NCBI RefSeq assembly: GCF_965223285.1
Contig: NZ_OZ244997.1
Coordinates: 3,919,150 to 3,983,149, forward strand
Direction: 5' to 3'
Length of the DNA stretch: 64,000 bases
Source of the DNA: Candidatus Leptofilum sp.
GTDB taxonomy: Bacteria > Chloroflexota > Anaerolineae > Promineifilales > Promineifilaceae
Each line of letters begins with the position of its first letter. The first letter of the stretch is position 1. Below, piece by piece: positions 1-9,349 of this stretch. The notes below the pieces were generated by a model that saw only the letters and a program-made list of their open reading frames with translations, was not told where the DNA came from and ran no database searches. Both the position numbers and the translations under genes were made by a program.

Positions 1-1
1 T

Positions 2-697
2 GCAGAAGATGAACGGTGGCTAGGTAAACTGGTCATTGGGGTTTTGGTTTCGCTAGCTTCTTTTTTGATTTTGCCAGGATTTTTGCTATCTGGCTACATG
101 GTGGGGATCACCCGCAATGTGATGAATGGTAAGAAACGGCCGCTTCCCGAATGGGAAGATTTAGGCACACTTTTTATGGATGGACTGTCCATTGTGGTGG
201 CATCCATCGTGTACACATTGCCATTTTGGCTACTCACCTGCATCGCCTTTATCACTACCATCGGCTTTGGCGGCCTCAGCGAAGCCACTCAAATTAGTGA
301 AGATGCTGTGGCGGCGGGCATTTTGGCCACGTGGGGTCTCATTGGCTGCCTCTTTATCATTTTCATGCTGGCCTTCTTCTTTATCAGCCCAGCCATTGTG
401 ATTCAGTACGTGCGCGAAGGCAACCTGAGTGCCTGCTTCCGCTTTGGCGAAGTGCTGGGCATCGTGCGCGACAATTTTGGCGATATTCTCATTGCTGGGC
501 TGACGCCATTTGCTGCCAGCTTGGTGCTTTCTATTGTGGTAACCGCCTTAAACGCGATCATTTGCATAGGGACAGTTATTGGGTTTCTGTTGAGCTTTGT
601 GATGGGTCCCTACCTGGCGGCCGTAACTGGCCATCTCTACGGTCAAATTGCGAGCAAAATTGGCGGCACCCCACCTGCCGAAAAGTTTGCAGCGTAG
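2..697 (+). CDS. DUF4013-like polytopic membrane protein (5' end runs off the window)
   Basis: The frame is open from base 2 (AEDERWLGKLVIG...) and continuous with track ORF 44..697. It has a GYMVGITRNVMNG..RPLPEWEDLG motif plus several hydrophobic helices. The family assignment is from memory only. Confidence 0.55.
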   Translation, partial: AEDERWLGKLVIGVLVSLASFLILPGFLLSGYMVGITRNVMNGKKRPLPEWEDLGTLFMDGLSIVVASIVYTLPFWLLTCIAFITTIGFGGLSEATQISEDAVAAGILATWGLIGCLFIIFMLAFFFISPAIVIQYVREGNLSACFRFGEVLGIVRDNFGDILIAGLTPFAASLVLSIVVTALNAIICIGTVIGFLLSFVMGPYLAAVTGHLYGQIASKIGGTPPAEKFAA

Positions 698-706
698 TGT
701 AAACTT

Positions 707-769
707 AAACTTCAAAAGTCTTATAGATAGCTTGCCCAGTGCTGGCAGTTATCAAGACTTTTGAAGTTT
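707..769. repeat. Perfect 16-bp inverted repeat AAACTTCAAAAGTCTT / AAGACTTTTGAAGTTT (CAAAAGTCT hairpin family)
   Basis: Arms at 707-722 and 754-769, read directly. It lies just 3' of the DUF4013-like gene. Confidence 0.8.
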
Positions 770-782
770 CTGGCAAATAAAA

Positions 783-816
783 GAGAACGGCGCACCTTGG
801 GAGGATGCGCCGTTCT
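783..816 (-). terminator. Intrinsic terminator of the minus-strand ECF operon
   Basis: Stem AGAACGGCGCA (783-793) pairs with TGCGCCGTTCT (806-816). On the minus strand it is followed by CTTTTATTT. Confidence 0.6.
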
Positions 817-845
817 GTTGAGAGGGAAGAGGGACAAAAAACCAG

Positions 846-1916
846 CTATTCAGCTAGGTTTTCTTTATCTGGAAGGGTGTCGAGTACGGCCGTAATCTTA
901 TCCTGATTCAGCGGGGCGGGGGCGGCAACCAATGGGTACTCCCGCGTACCAAATTTTGTGAGTGCCGTCGCGCCCAGTCCCAAGAACACAATCAGCAGCC
1001 AAATCAAGCTCTCGCCAATGACAAATGGAATTGCGCCCAAAAAGCCAATGCCAAATGTAATAGCGGCCGTTCCCAGTGCGGTTGTGATCGCCCGGTTACG
1101 GACGTTCATGTTCAGTCGCCGTGCCAAAAAGCCGCCCACAATGTTGCCTACGGTAAACCAGCCCAAAAAGCCAGCGGCCACCATCGCCAATATCATTACC
1201 CCAATTAGTGGATAGCCAAGCAAGCCTAGCCCACACAACAGAATAAGGGGAATAGAGATTAGGGCAAGCGTCACGGCGACAAACGGCATTGAAAAGGTGG
1301 TAAGCAGGCCAATGGCACCGCTGGCAATGGGCCGTGTGCGCAATGTGTTTTCAATGCGCTGCATCGGTTGTGGTATCAAAGAAGCTGCCGCAAAGGCAAG
1401 CAAACCAAACAATACAGACCGGGCAATTGCTGCGGCCGTTCCGCCCAGGATTCTTTGTAAAAGTGGCGGTTCTTCTATTTCAACTTCAACCATTGGCCCT
1501 GGATTAAACTCCAAATCGCTTAAAAAGTTTTCTAGCTGAACGGGAATTTCTACATTCAAGTTGGTACAGCTCACGCTGCCGTCACCTGTGGAAGCCCCAT
1601 TAAAGAGAACGCAATCGCCGTTGAGAACGGCCGTTTCGCTCATGTGCAAATCCCCGTTAAAGAGGACCACATCTCCGTTAACAGTCCCGGAAATTGTTGC
1701 CGTGCCGTTGAAAAGAACGATGTCTCCATTAACACGGCCGTCTTCATTCAATTCAAAATCTTCATCAAACAGCACCACGTCGCCGTAAACAACATTGTCG
1801 TCATCTACTTCCCGCTGTGCCGATGGCGCAGCCAAGGCCACGCTTGTGGGCACAACCAGAAGCAGCAAAAGAGCAAGAACCCATAAAAGTCGGCGTTGTG
1901 TTTTTACTCGTTGCAT
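846..1916 (-). CDS. Exported protein with bactofilin-like beta-helix repeats and a C-terminal multi-TM anchor
   Basis: Signal peptide (LLWVLALLLLLVVPTSVALA). It carries 4-5 copies of NGD[VIC]VLFNG, then about 5 hydrophobic helices. It starts 2 nt after the anti-sigma gene stop. Confidence 0.6.
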   Translation of the reverse strand: MQRVKTQRRLLWVLALLLLLVVPTSVALAAPSAQREVDDDNVVYGDVVLFDEDFELNEDGRVNGDIVLFNGTATISGTVNGDVVLFNGDLHMSETAVLNGDCVLFNGASTGDGSVSCTNLNVEIPVQLENFLSDLEFNPGPMVEVEIEEPPLLQRILGGTAAAIARSVLFGLLAFAAASLIPQPMQRIENTLRTRPIASGAIGLLTTFSMPFVAVTLALISIPLILLCGLGLLGYPLIGVMILAMVAAGFLGWFTVGNIVGGFLARRLNMNVRNRAITTALGTAAITFGIGFLGAIPFVIGESLIWLLIVFLGLGATALTKFGTREYPLVAAPAPLNQDKITAVLDTLPDKENLAE

Positions 1917-1918
1917 TT

Positions 1919-2566
1919 TTAACTATTACCTCGTACAGAAACGGCCGTTGTTTGGTTAACCAACTGGCGGTAAACACCATTCCAGACAAAAACTGTTCCG
2001 GCCAAAACCAGCAGCCACCCAACAATCGCTGGTTGCTGCACAATCAACTCCCCAAGCCCTTTAAACAAAGCACCAGAAATAACCCCAACCAGTCGCACCG
2101 CCTGCGCCCACACTTGCTGAACAGAGTCAATAAAAGCAGGTTCGCTAATGACGGGTACGATTGTGTTAGCTGCCCAAACCACCAGCAAAATCGGCAATAT
2201 GCCGCTGAACAGCAGCAGCACATAAATAATGCTGATGGCCCAGAGCCGGGCGCGACGGCTCGGCAGCAGAGCGACCGTTCTTTGGGTAAACCCGGCCGCT
2301 GGACTTAGCATTGGGGCTTGCCGAAACAGCGTGTCGATGGCCAAAATGGCGTGCCACTCCTGGCGGCAGGCAGGACACGCCCGCAGGTGAGATTCCAGCT
2401 CAGTTTGTTCCTCAGCTGCAAGCTCACCATCGAGCGCGTCCATCATCAACGTGTGAAATCTTTCGTGTTCCATAATTTGCTCCATCATTCTTGTTTCAGA
2501 TTTTGAATATGCAGGTTCATTTGCCTGCACCGCCAGCCGAAACAACTTGCTGGCGACTATTACCAA
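1919..2566 (-). CDS. Anti-sigma factor, zf-HC2 type
   Basis: HLRACPACRQEW zinc-finger motif followed by TM helices, directly downstream of the ECF sigma gene. The track start is TTG; an alternative ATG start lies at 2488 (MMEQIMEHERF). Confidence 0.7.
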   Translation of the reverse strand: MVIVASKLFRLAVQANEPAYSKSETRMMEQIMEHERFHTLMMDALDGELAAEEQTELESHLRACPACRQEWHAILAIDTLFRQAPMLSPAAGFTQRTVALLPSRRARLWAISIIYVLLLFSGILPILLVVWAANTIVPVISEPAFIDSVQQVWAQAVRLVGVISGALFKGLGELIVQQPAIVGWLLVLAGTVFVWNGVYRQLVNQTTAVSVRGNS

Positions 2567-2571
2567 TACAA

Positions 2572-3267
2572 TTAAGAGGCCAAGGCCCCATCACTTTCCA
2601 GGTGCATCCCTGCGGCAACACCAATCTCTGCTAACTGCTTGCGAGCGCGGAAAAGCCGAGACTTAATTGCGCTCACGGTTGTGTCCATCATTTCCGCGAT
2701 TTCATCATAAGAGAGTTCATGCCAATAGCGCAGCACAACGGCTTCTCTGTATTCAGGTGCCAATTCTGCCAGCAATCTTTGCACCATATCTTCTTGTTGG
2801 CTCTGAACCAATTGCGGCTCTGGCCCAGACGATTTTTCTGACATGAGTGCCGGATGCGGCGGCAGTGGCTCATCAATATTGAGCAAAACAGCTCGCCGCT
2901 TGCGAATCAGGTCGATACAGTAGTTGGACGTAATGGAAAGCAGCCAGGTGCTAAACTTGTGATTTGGATTGTAGCTATCTAGCCGCGTGTAGGCGCGAAT
3001 GAATGCTTCCTGGGCAGCTTCTTCGGCTTCGCCTGAGTTGCTCAGCATTCGGTAAGCCAGGTTGTAAACAGGCCGCTGGTATGCTTCTATAATTTTGCCA
3101 AAGGCGGCTTTGTCGCCGCGCCGCGCCTGATCCAACCAGACCTGTTCTTCGTTCACCACTTTTTTCTCCTGACGCTTGTCAGTACGCAGTATAGCAGGAA
3201 AAGTTTCCTTTGACGCTGGTTGGTTGGCGGTTAGTAAACTACTGTTTTTTAGTGCCATGCTTGACAA
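2572..3267 (-). CDS. ECF (group 4) sigma-70 factor
   Basis: Region 2 (YQRPVYNLAYRMLSNSGEAEEAAQEAFIRAY...TWLLSITSNYCIDLIRKRR) and region 4 (VVLRYWHELSYDEIAEMMDTTVSAIKSRLFRARKQL). Confidence 0.9.
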   Translation of the reverse strand: MSSMALKNSSLLTANQPASKETFPAILRTDKRQEKKVVNEEQVWLDQARRGDKAAFGKIIEAYQRPVYNLAYRMLSNSGEAEEAAQEAFIRAYTRLDSYNPNHKFSTWLLSITSNYCIDLIRKRRAVLLNIDEPLPPHPALMSEKSSGPEPQLVQSQQEDMVQRLLAELAPEYREAVVLRYWHELSYDEIAEMMDTTVSAIKSRLFRARKQLAEIGVAAGMHLESDGALAS

Positions 3268-3539
3268 TGCTGAACCCTCTTTTATAATCGAATATGCTAC
3301 AATTCAATAGGCAATACGTTGATTGGGACGAGTAGTTGCACAAATTGTGCAAGAGAGTGATGGTTAAGCGATTTTTCAGAAAAGATCGTTGAAAAATTGA
3401 CTAGCTGAGAGCCATCATCACAAAAAAGGCAATGAAAACCCCCCATGAGTGATTTTCTGAACGGTCGGGCAAACTTTATTGTTTGCCTATTTAGGGGCAG
3501 ACTTTTGGGTCTGCCCCCCATCTTCTTAAATTTAAGCTT

Positions 3540-3703
3540 AGTAAGAAAATCCGGATGGCTCCGTTAACGGCCGTTATGAGGGTTATCAGTAAACGGTAAT
3601 CAGTAATCAGTTAAACCGATTACGGAATACCGATCACTGATTACCGAATTTGGGTGGAACCGCGACGCCATCGCCCCAAACAGGGTGGTGGCGTTTTTAT
3701 TTT
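3540..3703 (+). promoter_or_regulatory. T-box leader for thrS copy 1, with terminator/antiterminator
   Basis: GGGTGGAACCGCG at 3652-3664 matches the conserved T-box AGGGUGGNACCGCG. The terminator stem CGCCATCGCCC (3666-3676) pairs with GGGTGGTGGCG (3683-3693), including two G-U pairs, and is followed by TTTTTATTTT. TGGG (3650-3653) could pair with CCCA (3675-3678) to form the antiterminator. A candidate ACC specifier sits at 3615-3617 in a hairpin loop. The 5' boundary is uncertain. Confidence 0.7.
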
Positions 3704-3780
3704 GGGAGATTAGTGATCAGGGATTGGAGATTTGAAAACCAATCTCTAATCTCCAATCTCTACAATTTTTTGGAGGAAGC

Positions 3781-5610
3781 ATGTCGCAACAAAACGGCGT
3801 ACCGTACGCCGAATCAGAACTTTACAAAATCCGGCATTCGGCCGCGCATGTGCTGGCGGAAGCCGTATTGGAATTTTACCCAGAAGCCAAGTTGGCCATC
3901 GGCCCGCCTATTGAGGATGGCTACTATTATGATTTCGATCTGGGCAAAGATGAGAATGACAAGCCAATCACATTTTCACCGGAAGACTTAGAGAAAATCG
4001 AAGCCAGAATGAAGCAGCTTTTGAAAAAGAACGCCAAGTTCGAGAAATCTTCCATGACGATTGAGGAAGCCAAGCAATTTTTTGCGGGTCAACCTTACAA
4101 ACTAGAACTAATTGAAGAATTAGCAGCCGGAAAAGTGGATGAAAATGGCAATCCCATTAGCGAGCCAGTGAGTGAAGTGGGCATTTACACGCAGCGCGAA
4201 TTTGTGGATTTGTGTCGTGGCCCGCACGTGGCTTTTACAAAGAAGATTAAAGCCAATGCGGCGAAGTTGTTACGCACGGGTGGGGCATATTGGCGCGGTG
4301 ATGAGAAACGGCCGCAATTACAGCGCATCTACGGCACGGCCTGGCACAACCGAATTGAGTTGGAAGAACATTTGAAGCTGCTGGAAGAAGCCAAAGCGCG
4401 CGACCACCGGCGGCTGGGCAAGCAGTTGGGGCTGTTCCACTTGTCGCAGTTGGTGGGGTCGGGCTTGCCGCTGTGGCTGCCCAAGGGTGCCATTTTGCGC
4501 GAGAATTTGGAGGGCTTTTTGCGCCAGGCACAGCTTGAGCGTGGCTACCTGCCGGTGATTACGCCACACATCGGCAAGCTGGATTTGTACATCACCAGCG
4601 GCCATTATCCATACTACAAAGAGAGCCAGTACACGCCCATTGACGTGGATGATGAAAAGTTCATGCTAAAGCCGATGAACTGCCCGCACCACATCGAAAT
4701 CTACAAGAGTGAGCCGCACAGCTACCGGGATTTGCCGCTGCGCCTGGCGGAGTTTGGCACGGTGTACCGCTATGAGCAAAGCGGTGAGCTAAATGGCCTG
4801 ACGCGGGTGCGCGGCTTTACGGTGGACGATTCACACCTTTTTGTGACGCCAGAGCAGCTAGAAGAGGAGTTCATCGGCGTGGTGGATTTGATTCAGCATG
4901 TGTTTAACACGATGGGCTTTTCTGATTTTCGGGCGCGGCTGGGCACGAACGATGCCGACAGCGACAAATATGCCGGAACGCCGCAGATGTGGCAGCAGGG
5001 CGTTGCCGCTATCAAGCAAGCGGCCGACAAGGTAGGGATGCGCTACACGGTGGAAGAGGGCGAAGCAGCCTTTTATGGCCCGAAGCTGGACTTCATTTTC
5101 CGGGATGTGCTAAAGCGAGAGTGGCAGTTGGGCACGGTGCAGGTGGACTTTTTGCTGCCGGAGCGGTTCGACTTGGAATACATGGGTGAAGATGGGCAGA
5201 AACATCGGCCGGTGATGATTCATCGGGCACCGTTTGGCAGCATGGAGCGGTTTGTGGGCATTTTGATTGAGCATTTCAACGGATCCTTCCCACTGTGGCT
5301 GGCACCGGTGCAGGTGGTGATGGTACCAATTACGGACCGCCATGTGCCATATGCAAACAAGGTGGCGGCAGAGTTGCGGGCGGCCGGGATGCGGGTGGAG
5401 GTTGATGCTAGCAACGGCCGTATGAATGCCAAAATCCGTAATGCCCAGCTGCAAAAAGTGCCGTACATGCTCGTCGTTGGTGACAAGGAAGAGGAAGCCA
5501 ACGCCGTGGCCGTGCGCACGCGCGACAACGAAGATCGCGGCGCGGTTTCCGTCGCCGATTTCAAAACCCAGGCCACTACCTTAATCACTACCAAGTCGAT
5601 GGAATTATGA
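3781..5610 (+). CDS. thrS: Threonine--tRNA ligase, copy 1 (editing + class II catalytic + anticodon-binding domains; no TGS domain)
   Basis: RHSAAHVLAEA (HxxxH), DLCRGPH, AYWRGDEKRPQLQRIYGTAW, KPMNCPHH, VMIHRAPFGSMERF. RBS GGAGGAAGC precedes the ATG. Confidence 0.95.
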   Translation: MSQQNGVPYAESELYKIRHSAAHVLAEAVLEFYPEAKLAIGPPIEDGYYYDFDLGKDENDKPITFSPEDLEKIEARMKQLLKKNAKFEKSSMTIEEAKQFFAGQPYKLELIEELAAGKVDENGNPISEPVSEVGIYTQREFVDLCRGPHVAFTKKIKANAAKLLRTGGAYWRGDEKRPQLQRIYGTAWHNRIELEEHLKLLEEAKARDHRRLGKQLGLFHLSQLVGSGLPLWLPKGAILRENLEGFLRQAQLERGYLPVITPHIGKLDLYITSGHYPYYKESQYTPIDVDDEKFMLKPMNCPHHIEIYKSEPHSYRDLPLRLAEFGTVYRYEQSGELNGLTRVRGFTVDDSHLFVTPEQLEEEFIGVVDLIQHVFNTMGFSDFRARLGTNDADSDKYAGTPQMWQQGVAAIKQAADKVGMRYTVEEGEAAFYGPKLDFIFRDVLKREWQLGTVQVDFLLPERFDLEYMGEDGQKHRPVMIHRAPFGSMERFVGILIEHFNGSFPLWLAPVQVVMVPITDRHVPYANKVAAELRAAGMRVEVDASNGRMNAKIRNAQLQKVPYMLVVGDKEEEANAVAVRTRDNEDRGAVSVADFKTQATTLITTKSMEL

Positions 5611-5654
5611 GCGGACGTTACCGGTAATCGGTATGCAGTAATCAGTTAACAGTG

Positions 5655-5682
5655 AGGCCGCTCGAAAGAGCGGTCTTTTTTG
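5655..5682 (+). terminator. Intrinsic terminator after thrS copy 1
   Basis: AGGCCGCTC GAAA GAGCGGTCT stem-loop followed by a T-run (5676-5681). Confidence 0.75.
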
Positions 5683-5757
5683 TTTGTAGGCGCGCTTTCT
5701 TAGCGCGAAAATGCGAGGATTGGAATCCTCGGCTACAAAACTATCGGAGATAATCTC

Positions 5758-7551
5758 ATGTTTGAACAAGAAAATTATGAACAATCCCATCTGTACAAGC
5801 TGCGGCATACGGCCGCACATGTTTTGGCGCAGGCGGTGCTGGAACTGTACCCACAGGCGAAGCTGGGTATCGGCCCACCGATTGCGGACGGATTTTATTA
5901 TGATTTTGATTTAGGTGTGGATGGAAACGGCCGTTCCCAAACGTTCCACCCCGACGACCTGCCCAAACTAGAAAAGCGGATGCGGCAAATCATCGTCGAA
6001 AAACATCCGCTGGTTTACGAGGAAGTTTCTGCCAAAGAGGTGCGCCAGCGGCTGGCCGACCAGCCGTACAAGCTGGAACTGATCGACGAGCTGGCCGCCA
6101 AAGGCGAGCAAATCAGCCTGTACCGGCACGACAGCTTTGTCGATTTGTGTCGCGGGCCGCACGTGGCCGACACGGGCAAAATTCCTGCCGCTGGGCTCAA
6201 ATTGATGAGCATTGCGGGAGCGTACTGGCGTGGGGATGAGAAACGGCCGCAGCTTCAGCGCATCTACGGCACGGCCTGGCCCAGCAAAAAAGCGCTAAAA
6301 AACCACCTGGCAATGCTGGAAGAAGCTAAAAAGCGCGACCATCGCCGCTTGGGCCGCGAGCTGGAAATCTTCATTTTGGATGAGGATGTTGGCCCTGGCC
6401 TGCCGCTATGGCTGCCCAACGGCAACATTTTGCGCGAGGAGTGCGTGAAGCTGGCCAACGAGATGGAGGATAAAGCGGGCTACGTGCGCGTCGCCACGCC
6501 GCACATTGCCAAAGAGTCACTTTACCTGCAAAGCGGCCATCTGCCCTACTACGAAGACGAAATGTACCCGGTGATGGAGCGGGACGGCAGCAAATATTAT
6601 CTCAAGCCGATGAACTGCCCCTTCCACCACAAAATTTATGCCAGCAAGCCGCGCAGCTACCGCGACCTGCCCTTGCGACTGAGCGAATACGGCATGGTGT
6701 ACCGCTACGAGCAGAGCGGCACACTGATGGGGCTGCTGCGGGTGCGCAGCATCGAACAAAATGATGCCCACATTTACTGCGCCGAAAGCCAGATCGAAGA
6801 CGAATTTATGGGCGTGGTGGATTTGTACCGCAGCTATTTCGATCTGTTTGGCATTGAAAAGTACGTGATGCGCCTGAGCAAACACAGCCCGGACAAGCTG
6901 GGCGTGAAGTACGTGGACAACGGCCGTATGTGGCTCAAAGCCGAGCGCATCATCCGGGAAACGATGTTGAAGTATGATGTGCCATTTGTGGAAGCGGAGG
7001 ACGAAGCTGCGTTCTACGGCCCCAAAATTGACGTGCAGATTTGGAGCGCCATCGGCCGCGAGTTCTCGTTGGCGACGAACCAGCTTGATTTTGGCGTGCC
7101 GCCCCGCTTTGACCTGACGTTTACGAACGCGCAGGGCGAATTGGAGACGCCGTGGTGCATTCATCGCGCGCCACTCGGCGCACATGAACGGTTTATCGGC
7201 TTCTTGATTGAGCATTACGCAGGTAACTTCCCGGTTTGGCTGGCGCCAGAGCAGGTGCGGGTGATTCCAATCACGGACGGGCAAAATGAATATGCCCAGC
7301 AGGTAGCTGCGCAATTAAAAGCAGCTGGCGTGCGCGCCCAGGCAATGTTAGAAAGTGACCGGATGCAGGCCAAAATCCGAGCGGCACAGCAGATGAAGGT
7401 GCCGTACATGCTGATTGTGGGTGAACAAGAGGCGGCGGCTGGTACGGTATCGCTGCGCAAGCGGGATGGCTCGCGGCAAAACGGGCTGTCGCTGTCGGCG
7501 TTTGAGGCTATAGTATTGGATAAAATTGCTCAGCGAGATGCTGTTTTGTAG
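5758..7551 (+). CDS. thrS: Threonine--tRNA ligase, divergent copy 2
   Basis: Same domain order and motifs as copy 1: RHTAAHVLAQA, DLCRGPH, KPMNCPFHH, CIHRAPLGAHERF. By eye it is roughly half identical to copy 1. RBS GGAG lies 8 nt upstream of the ATG. Confidence 0.93.
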   Translation: MFEQENYEQSHLYKLRHTAAHVLAQAVLELYPQAKLGIGPPIADGFYYDFDLGVDGNGRSQTFHPDDLPKLEKRMRQIIVEKHPLVYEEVSAKEVRQRLADQPYKLELIDELAAKGEQISLYRHDSFVDLCRGPHVADTGKIPAAGLKLMSIAGAYWRGDEKRPQLQRIYGTAWPSKKALKNHLAMLEEAKKRDHRRLGRELEIFILDEDVGPGLPLWLPNGNILREECVKLANEMEDKAGYVRVATPHIAKESLYLQSGHLPYYEDEMYPVMERDGSKYYLKPMNCPFHHKIYASKPRSYRDLPLRLSEYGMVYRYEQSGTLMGLLRVRSIEQNDAHIYCAESQIEDEFMGVVDLYRSYFDLFGIEKYVMRLSKHSPDKLGVKYVDNGRMWLKAERIIRETMLKYDVPFVEAEDEAAFYGPKIDVQIWSAIGREFSLATNQLDFGVPPRFDLTFTNAQGELETPWCIHRAPLGAHERFIGFLIEHYAGNFPVWLAPEQVRVIPITDGQNEYAQQVAAQLKAAGVRAQAMLESDRMQAKIRAAQQMKVPYMLIVGEQEAAAGTVSLRKRDGSRQNGLSLSAFEAIVLDKIAQRDAVL

Positions 7552-7564
7552 GATACGGCCGTTG

Positions 7565-7612
7565 TTGACAATGAATCTGTGATAGATGTATACTGCATAC
7601 ATCTAAAGATCG
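7565..7612 (+). promoter_or_regulatory. Sigma70-like promoter with an overlapping palindromic operator for vapBC
   Basis: TTGACA (7565-7570), an 18-nt spacer, then TATACT (7589-7594). A 9-bp inverted repeat TAGATGTAT (7583-7591) / ATACATCTA (7597-7605) overlaps the -10 element. Confidence 0.55.
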
Positions 7613-7638
7613 CCGCAATGGTCAAACGGAGCAAGCAA

Positions 7639-7923
7639 ATGACAGAAAAAATGGTGCGAACACAGGTTTATTTACCGCAAGATATTTACGAAAAGCTAAA
7701 ATCCCGCGCCGATGAGGAAGGCATTACGATGGCTACCCAAATTCGGGAAGCGTTGGCTGAGTATGTGGTGGAGCAGCCAGAAGAGAAGGAGGGACACGTT
7801 CTCACCGAGGATGATCCCATCTGGCAGCTCATCGGCATTGGCAAAGGTGGCCCTCCGGATGGCTCGGTTAACCATGACAAATATATCTACACCAGAGATT
7901 GGGACCCAGAGGATGATGCATGA
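7639..7923 (+). CDS. vapB: Ribbon-helix-helix (CopG/VapB-type) antitoxin
   Basis: MVRTQVYLPQDIYEKLKSRADEEGITMATQIREALAEYV. GGAG lies 7 nt before the ATG at 7639; alternative starts are 7579, 7618 and 7651. There is a 4-nt ATGA overlap with the PIN gene. Confidence 0.8.
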   Translation: MTEKMVRTQVYLPQDIYEKLKSRADEEGITMATQIREALAEYVVEQPEEKEGHVLTEDDPIWQLIGIGKGGPPDGSVNHDKYIYTRDWDPEDDA

Positions 7924-8333
7924 ATCTTTTTGTAGACAGCAGCGGTTGGATAGCACTCTTTGGTGATAGAGATAAGTTTCATCAGCGCGCTGTGGACGCC
8001 TACCGGAGCTTAAAAAACCAGCGGCTAAATTTGCTAACTACCGATTACGTTTTTGATGAGACCGTTACCTTTTTACAGAAACATTATGGCACCGTGGTGG
8101 CCCAAAAGTGCGGGGAAGCGATTTTGAACACACCCTATATCAATCTCTTGTATCTTGACAATGAGGTTTGGCAGGCTGCTTGGGAGATGTTTCAAGCGTA
8201 TGCAGATAAGCAGTGGGCGTTTACGGACTGTACGAGCTTTATCGTGATGCAGCAACAGCTCATTTGGCAAGCGTTTAGCTTTGATCAACATTTTGTGCAA
8301 GCAGGATTTCAGCTTTGGCCAGGTAACGAGTAA
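7920..8333 (+). CDS. vapC: PIN-domain ribonuclease toxin
   Basis: N-terminal LFVDSSGW (acidic D6), DETVTF, and FTDCTS acidic residues typical of the PIN fold. Translationally coupled to the RHH gene. Confidence 0.85.
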   Translation: MNLFVDSSGWIALFGDRDKFHQRAVDAYRSLKNQRLNLLTTDYVFDETVTFLQKHYGTVVAQKCGEAILNTPYINLLYLDNEVWQAAWEMFQAYADKQWAFTDCTSFIVMQQQLIWQAFSFDQHFVQAGFQLWPGNE

Positions 8334-8356
8334 ATATCCTAGGAAGGGGTCGGACG

Positions 8357-9349
8357 ATGGATAGCGAGATCAAACAGAAAATCAGTGAGCTAAAGGAGCA
8401 ATTTAGCGATCGGCGTACCCAGGTTTGTGAGATTGAGGCGGTGGAAAAAGACGGCCGAACCCACATCATTGGCACCGTTTTGGATGAAGCAACAAAAACG
8501 GCCGTGCATAATAAGTTCCTTAATGCTCAAACCGAGCTAAACGTTTTGCGGATGCAAACCCCCACTTGGCTGGCTGTTAGCACCACCTTGACTGGACTGT
8601 ACAATAAGCCCGGTTTTGGTTCTGGGCTGGACAGCGAGTTGAAAAACGGTCAAATGGTAGAACTGCTGCGTGTTGAGGAGAGTTGGGCTTATGTGCGGCA
8701 ACCAGACGGCTATCTAGGTTGGGTATACAGACCTTATTTGGCAACCAACCCAGAGACTGAGCCCACCCATCTGGTGAGTGATCCCGTCGCCCCGCTGCAC
8801 TTAGCACCGGATGCTGCTGCGCCGTTGGTGAGCCGGGTTTTGGGCGGTACGGCCGTTACCATCACCGAAGAACAACATGGCTGGGCTTGCCTAAAGTTGG
8901 TAGGAGAACTGGCTGGCTGGTTGCCTGCCCACACGCTACGGCCGTTGCCCTTGCCCACACTGCCAGAAGCCCAACTACGCCAGCGGTTGGTGGCTGATGC
9001 GTATAGCTTTACCGGTGTGCCGTACCTGTGGGGGGGCAGTTCTGCCTACGGCATTGATTGTTCCGGTTTTGCCCAGATCGTGCACCGCCTATCTGGTATT
9101 CAGCTACCCCGTGATGCCGATATGCAGTTTGATAACGGCCGTTCTGTTGAACCACCCTTCCAACCCGGCGATCTGCTCTTTTTTGCCAGCCCCAACGGCC
9201 ACCGGCGCATCACGCATGTGGGTGTCAGCCTGGGGGATTGGCAGCTCATTCACTCTTCCCGCAGCCACAACGGCGTGTACGTAGACAACGTGCAGGAAGT
9301 GAAACATCTCCGCGAAACCTTTGTCGGGGCGCGAACTTTTATTGCCTAG
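8357..9349 (+). CDS. NlpC/P60 (C40) peptidoglycan peptidase with SH3-like N-terminal domains
   Basis: YLWGGSSAYGIDCSGFAQIVHRLSGIQLPRDADMQ ... GDLLFF ... ITHVGVSLG catalytic Cys/His signature. Confidence 0.85.
   Translation: MDSEIKQKISELKEQFSDRRTQVCEIEAVEKDGRTHIIGTVLDEATKTAVHNKFLNAQTELNVLRMQTPTWLAVSTTLTGLYNKPGFGSGLDSELKNGQMVELLRVEESWAYVRQPDGYLGWVYRPYLATNPETEPTHLVSDPVAPLHLAPDAAAPLVSRVLGGTAVTITEEQHGWACLKLVGELAGWLPAHTLRPLPLPTLPEAQLRQRLVADAYSFTGVPYLWGGSSAYGIDCSGFAQIVHRLSGIQLPRDADMQFDNGRSVEPPFQPGDLLFFASPNGHRRITHVGVSLGDWQLIHSSRSHNGVYVDNVQEVKHLRETFVGARTFIA

Noticed and set aside
3297-3521. 74-aa minus-strand ORF between the sigma gene and thrS
   Set aside because: It has no RBS or motif. The region holds the divergent promoters, a GGGGCAGAC/GTCTGCCCC hairpin and the T-box leader.
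5684-5757. Second T-box, or an E. coli-style ThrRS operator, in front of thrS copy 2
   Set aside because: There is no GGGTGGNACCGCG core. The two small hairpin loops (TTCTT, GG) do not resemble a tRNA-Thr anticodon loop.
6517-7314. 265-aa ORF on the minus strand
   Set aside because: It lies entirely antisense to the strongly supported thrS copy 2. It has an Arg/His/Ala-rich shadow-frame composition and no recognisable motif.
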